Assembly: GCA_976226885.1 (NCBI GenBank)
Contig: OZ320314.1
Coordinates: 101,556,001-101,620,000, forward strand
Origin: Iphione sp. A-MEVVRFRX5
Lineage: Eukaryota
Length of the DNA: 64,000 nucleotides
Reading direction: 5' to 3'
Position numbers and translations under genes: made by a program. Positions 60,895 through 64,000 of the stretch are shown piece by piece. Under the pieces are notes generated by a model, which was given only the letters and a program-made list of their open reading frames with translations, had not been told where the DNA came from and searched no databases. How positions within the stretch are numbered: position 1 is the first letter of the stretch; every line of letters begins with the position of its first letter.

Positions 60895-63715
60895 AACTTT
60901 AGTACCTGGAGTGGACACTAGGTGTTCACCTGAGATACAGTCCGGGTGGTGCCACCACAGTCAGTTATGCTCACAACATTCACTTTTAGTTCAGCTGTTA
61001 GTGTGGTTAGACATACTCACATACTGGTGTATTTTCTTTAGGTATTTTCACTGATATTTCCTATCTATACACAGATACTACAGTTATTGCTTGTCTATTG
61101 CAGAGTTTGCACAAGTCTTTGATTTTCTATTGTGTTTTTTTGGTTTTGTGCCCAGAATGGACCTTGCTAATCTCATTGAAGGTATGGGCGACAAGACAGT
61201 TGTACCACCTCAACCTAAACAAAAACAAAGCTCAAAGTCAACTAGGTCAACATTAGGTAAGTCCAAGAGCGTGAAGATCGATAATTCTATTGATCTATCA
61301 TCAATCGGTGACCGTTCTGTAGAAAGCACACAGAATCCGATCGATAGAGGCCTTGGGGGTGCCACTGGCATTCACACTGTCAGTGCCCACGCGCTCTGAC
61401 CCTGTGACCTCGCTGGGACCACCATGAGCCAGTTTAGTCAAATTGGCTAGGGGTGCAGACCTCCCTGCCAGGGTGATTTGGTCAATTACCCCAGTAGTGA
61501 CCTCAGTGAGGTCAGAGGTCACACAGGGACTGCCTTTGAGGTAAGAGGCTACCTCGCAACAGCATTTGTCAGTGGGGGTCATGAACTCATCTGGGTGCTG
61601 AAAGGGCACCAGAGGTCAGCATGCAACAACAATCATCAGCTGCCAGCATCAACTTTAACTGACCCCAGGCATTGTGAATGTGACAGACGTCACCGGGCAA
61701 CAACAATTGTTGGTTACCCCTACACCACCATACATTGACTTGGTGAAATATATATATCAGCATTGGCACCTATCATGGCTACAAATGTTTCAGTCTTGTT
61801 GCATTCACCGTTGACAATTTCTATTAATTAGGGTGATCCAGTGTTGATGCATTCTTTTGGGCTTGGCATTGCTTCAGTCGGCTTGGCTGATGGGAATGTA
61901 AATGCTCAATCAGTTGTTGGCATATCACCATCAGCCCCAAACTTGAGCCCTATGCAAATGTTGCATTTGCTATTAGACAGGGACTGTGCAGGGGATGCGC
62001 AAAAGTTGTGTGTGTATGTGGGGTCAATGTGTAGGACCTTTACTGCTTCCTTTGTGCCTGTGTCCTCAACATTTTCAGGCATCACATAAAACCCTACACT
62101 TTCACAGAGTGTTCCCACAGCGGCGCCAGTAGCAGTTTCTAAGCTGCTGCCCAATAATTATTACATGGAAGCTTTGGCCCGTTCTCATTCAGCATCATAT
62201 GCACAAATGTTGCAGCTTTTGCAGTCACAGTTGCTAGCGCAGCAATTGTTCATGCTGCAACAGCAACATTTGATGTCCACCTTTATGGTGGGCGTGCAGA
62301 ATTCGGGACAGACCATGAACCAAGACCTTGGAGCAGCAGGATTAGGTGCAGGACCAGGAAGAGGAGGAGGAGCCTGAGGATCCTAATGATTCTCAGGTTT
62401 CCTTGCCAGAGCCGGAGCTTCATGGAGGAGGTCCAGGGTATGGACACTGATAGAGACCTGGACCATCCTCTGCAGGGGAGTGTCATTCCTGTGTAGGCCA
62501 AGGTGTTGCAGCTGTTCAAGGCTGACTTTCTTGGGGACACCCAAAGGAAGCACCTCAGGCCAGTGAATGCAGAGTATTTGCAGGTCTGTACGTTGAATGA
62601 TGTGCTTCTCTCCAGCCTGTCAAAAGATGCACAGATCTGGGAAAGGTCAGCCAGGACCTTATGGGCAGTCTCATTGCTGCCTGTAAGGCCCTGGAATGTG
62701 TTGTCCCGCATACTGGACAACATCCTTGGGCCAAAGAGGTGCAGAATGTGATTGTGGATTCTCTCAATTTGGGAGCATCTACATTCCAGAGCCTGATAAA
62801 GAAAGTAGGGAGGAGATTAAGCCTAGCTTAGCTCCTGCCTTCAGTTATCTTGTGTCAGAAGACTGCCTGCCTTCCCCATATTTTTTCTCTGGGGATGACC
62901 TGTTAAGATCAAACAGGTAAAGGACAATTCTGTGCTATTGAGCCAATTAGAGAGGAAGACTCCATAGGGCTCAAACACTCCAAAAAACTTCACACAACAG
63001 GGAGACCATGGCTGGGGGACCAGAGGCAGGGGTGGATCTTTCTGCAGCCACCAGGGGTCTGCCAGAGCTTTCTACCAGAAACTGCCTGTGGTAGTGCAAC
63101 AGAAGTCCCAGCAACAGCCAGTGAGGATATGGGTTTCCTAGGGTTTTTTGGAGGCAATGGGCTGGGCTGACAATGGACAAGGAAGTTCTTGAAGCAGTTT
63201 CAGGGTACAAACTTGATCTGATGTCTCCACCCTGTCAGGTAGTAAGGCCAAGGCCAATCCTATTCGGGGAGGCTGAGTCCAGGTTTGTTCAGAAAGAGCT
63301 GCCAAATCTCCTCATGGTGTGTTCGATTTCTGTTTTTTGGATCCAGTTCCAATATCTTCATAAGGCTGAAGCCGAATGGCTCTTTCAGGATGATTATTGG
63401 ACCTGTCAAAATTGAACAGTGTCAGTATAAACATTTCAAGATGGAGAATTTGGAAACAGTGTTGCCTTTGGTGTCTGAAGGCTGTTTTATGGAATCAGTG
63501 GACCTGAAGAATGCTTATAATGCTGTGTTGATATGGTCTCTGCTTAGGACGTTTTTGATGTTTGCCTGGCAGGGCAAAGTATATCTGTATGATTTCTCAG
63601 CATTTGATTTGTCTGCTACTTCTAGGATTTTAACAAAGATCACGGGGCCTGGCTTGTCTGACGGAGGAAAGGGTGATATTGGCATTGTACATCAACAACA
63701 TCATTGTTATTGGTA
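60895..63715 (+). mobile_element. 3'-truncated DIRS1-like element, diverged relative of 48042-52696
   Basis: Starts AACTTTAGTACCTGGAGTGGACACTAGGTGTTCACCTGAGATACAG, similar to the left repeat at 48042. Decayed gag, then [15 protein letters not shown] and HFKMENLETVLPLVSEGCFMESVDLKNAY. Breaks off in the RT. Confidence 0.85.
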
Positions 63716-63724
63716 GTGTAATGT

Positions 63725-64000
63725 GATAATGTTACCTGTGGCGCCGCAGCCACGTATGTTTTAGTTGATGAGCTCTAAGGCTTAGTAGTAACGTTGCCTG
63801 TGGCACCACAGCCACTCGTGTTGTACTTAGCGAACTCTAAGACGTAATAGTAATACTGCCTGTGGTTCCACAGCCACTTGTGTTGCACTTGATGAACTCT
63901 AAGACTTAGTAATAATGTTGCCTGTGGCACCACAGTTGTGTAGGTTGTAGTAGTAATGTTGCCTGTGGCACCACAGTTGTGTAGACTGTAGTAGTAACGT
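63725..64000. repeat. 62-bp minisatellite with palindromic core CTGTGG-nn-CCACAG, running off the window end
   Basis: CCTGTGG at 63735, 63797, 63859 and 63921 (62-bp period), then at 63962 (41-bp unit). Confidence 0.9.

Overview
Eukaryotic (metazoan, probably invertebrate) genomic DNA: AT-rich, with GT-AG introns and many transposons. There are no prokaryotic features, no rRNA or true tRNA genes and no CRISPR. The right half (32.9-60.8 kb, +) holds the first 20 coding exons (~872 aa) of a neuropathy target esterase / swiss cheese (PNPLA6/7-type) gene. Its patatin exons lie beyond the window, and four DIRS-type retroelement copies sit in its introns. The left half is a transposon cluster of MITEs (5-bp TSD, TWA TSD and TTAA TSD types), a decayed intron-containing piggyBac, a Tx1/L1 remnant and two apparently intact elements. 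The first is a full-length 6.4-kb LINE (17161-23594, -) with three ORFs: an L1-like ORF1 fused to a NADAR/YbiA-like domain, a stand-alone SGNH esterase and an APE-RT. The second is a Sola2-like DDD transposase gene (24925-30169, +) whose 2.8-kb first intron contains a complete antisense three-exon gene. It is flanked by a 15-bp motif repeated at roughly 165-190 bp intervals. These two elements are the best candidates for undescribed biology. All family assignments come from motif recognition by eye; no database search was run.
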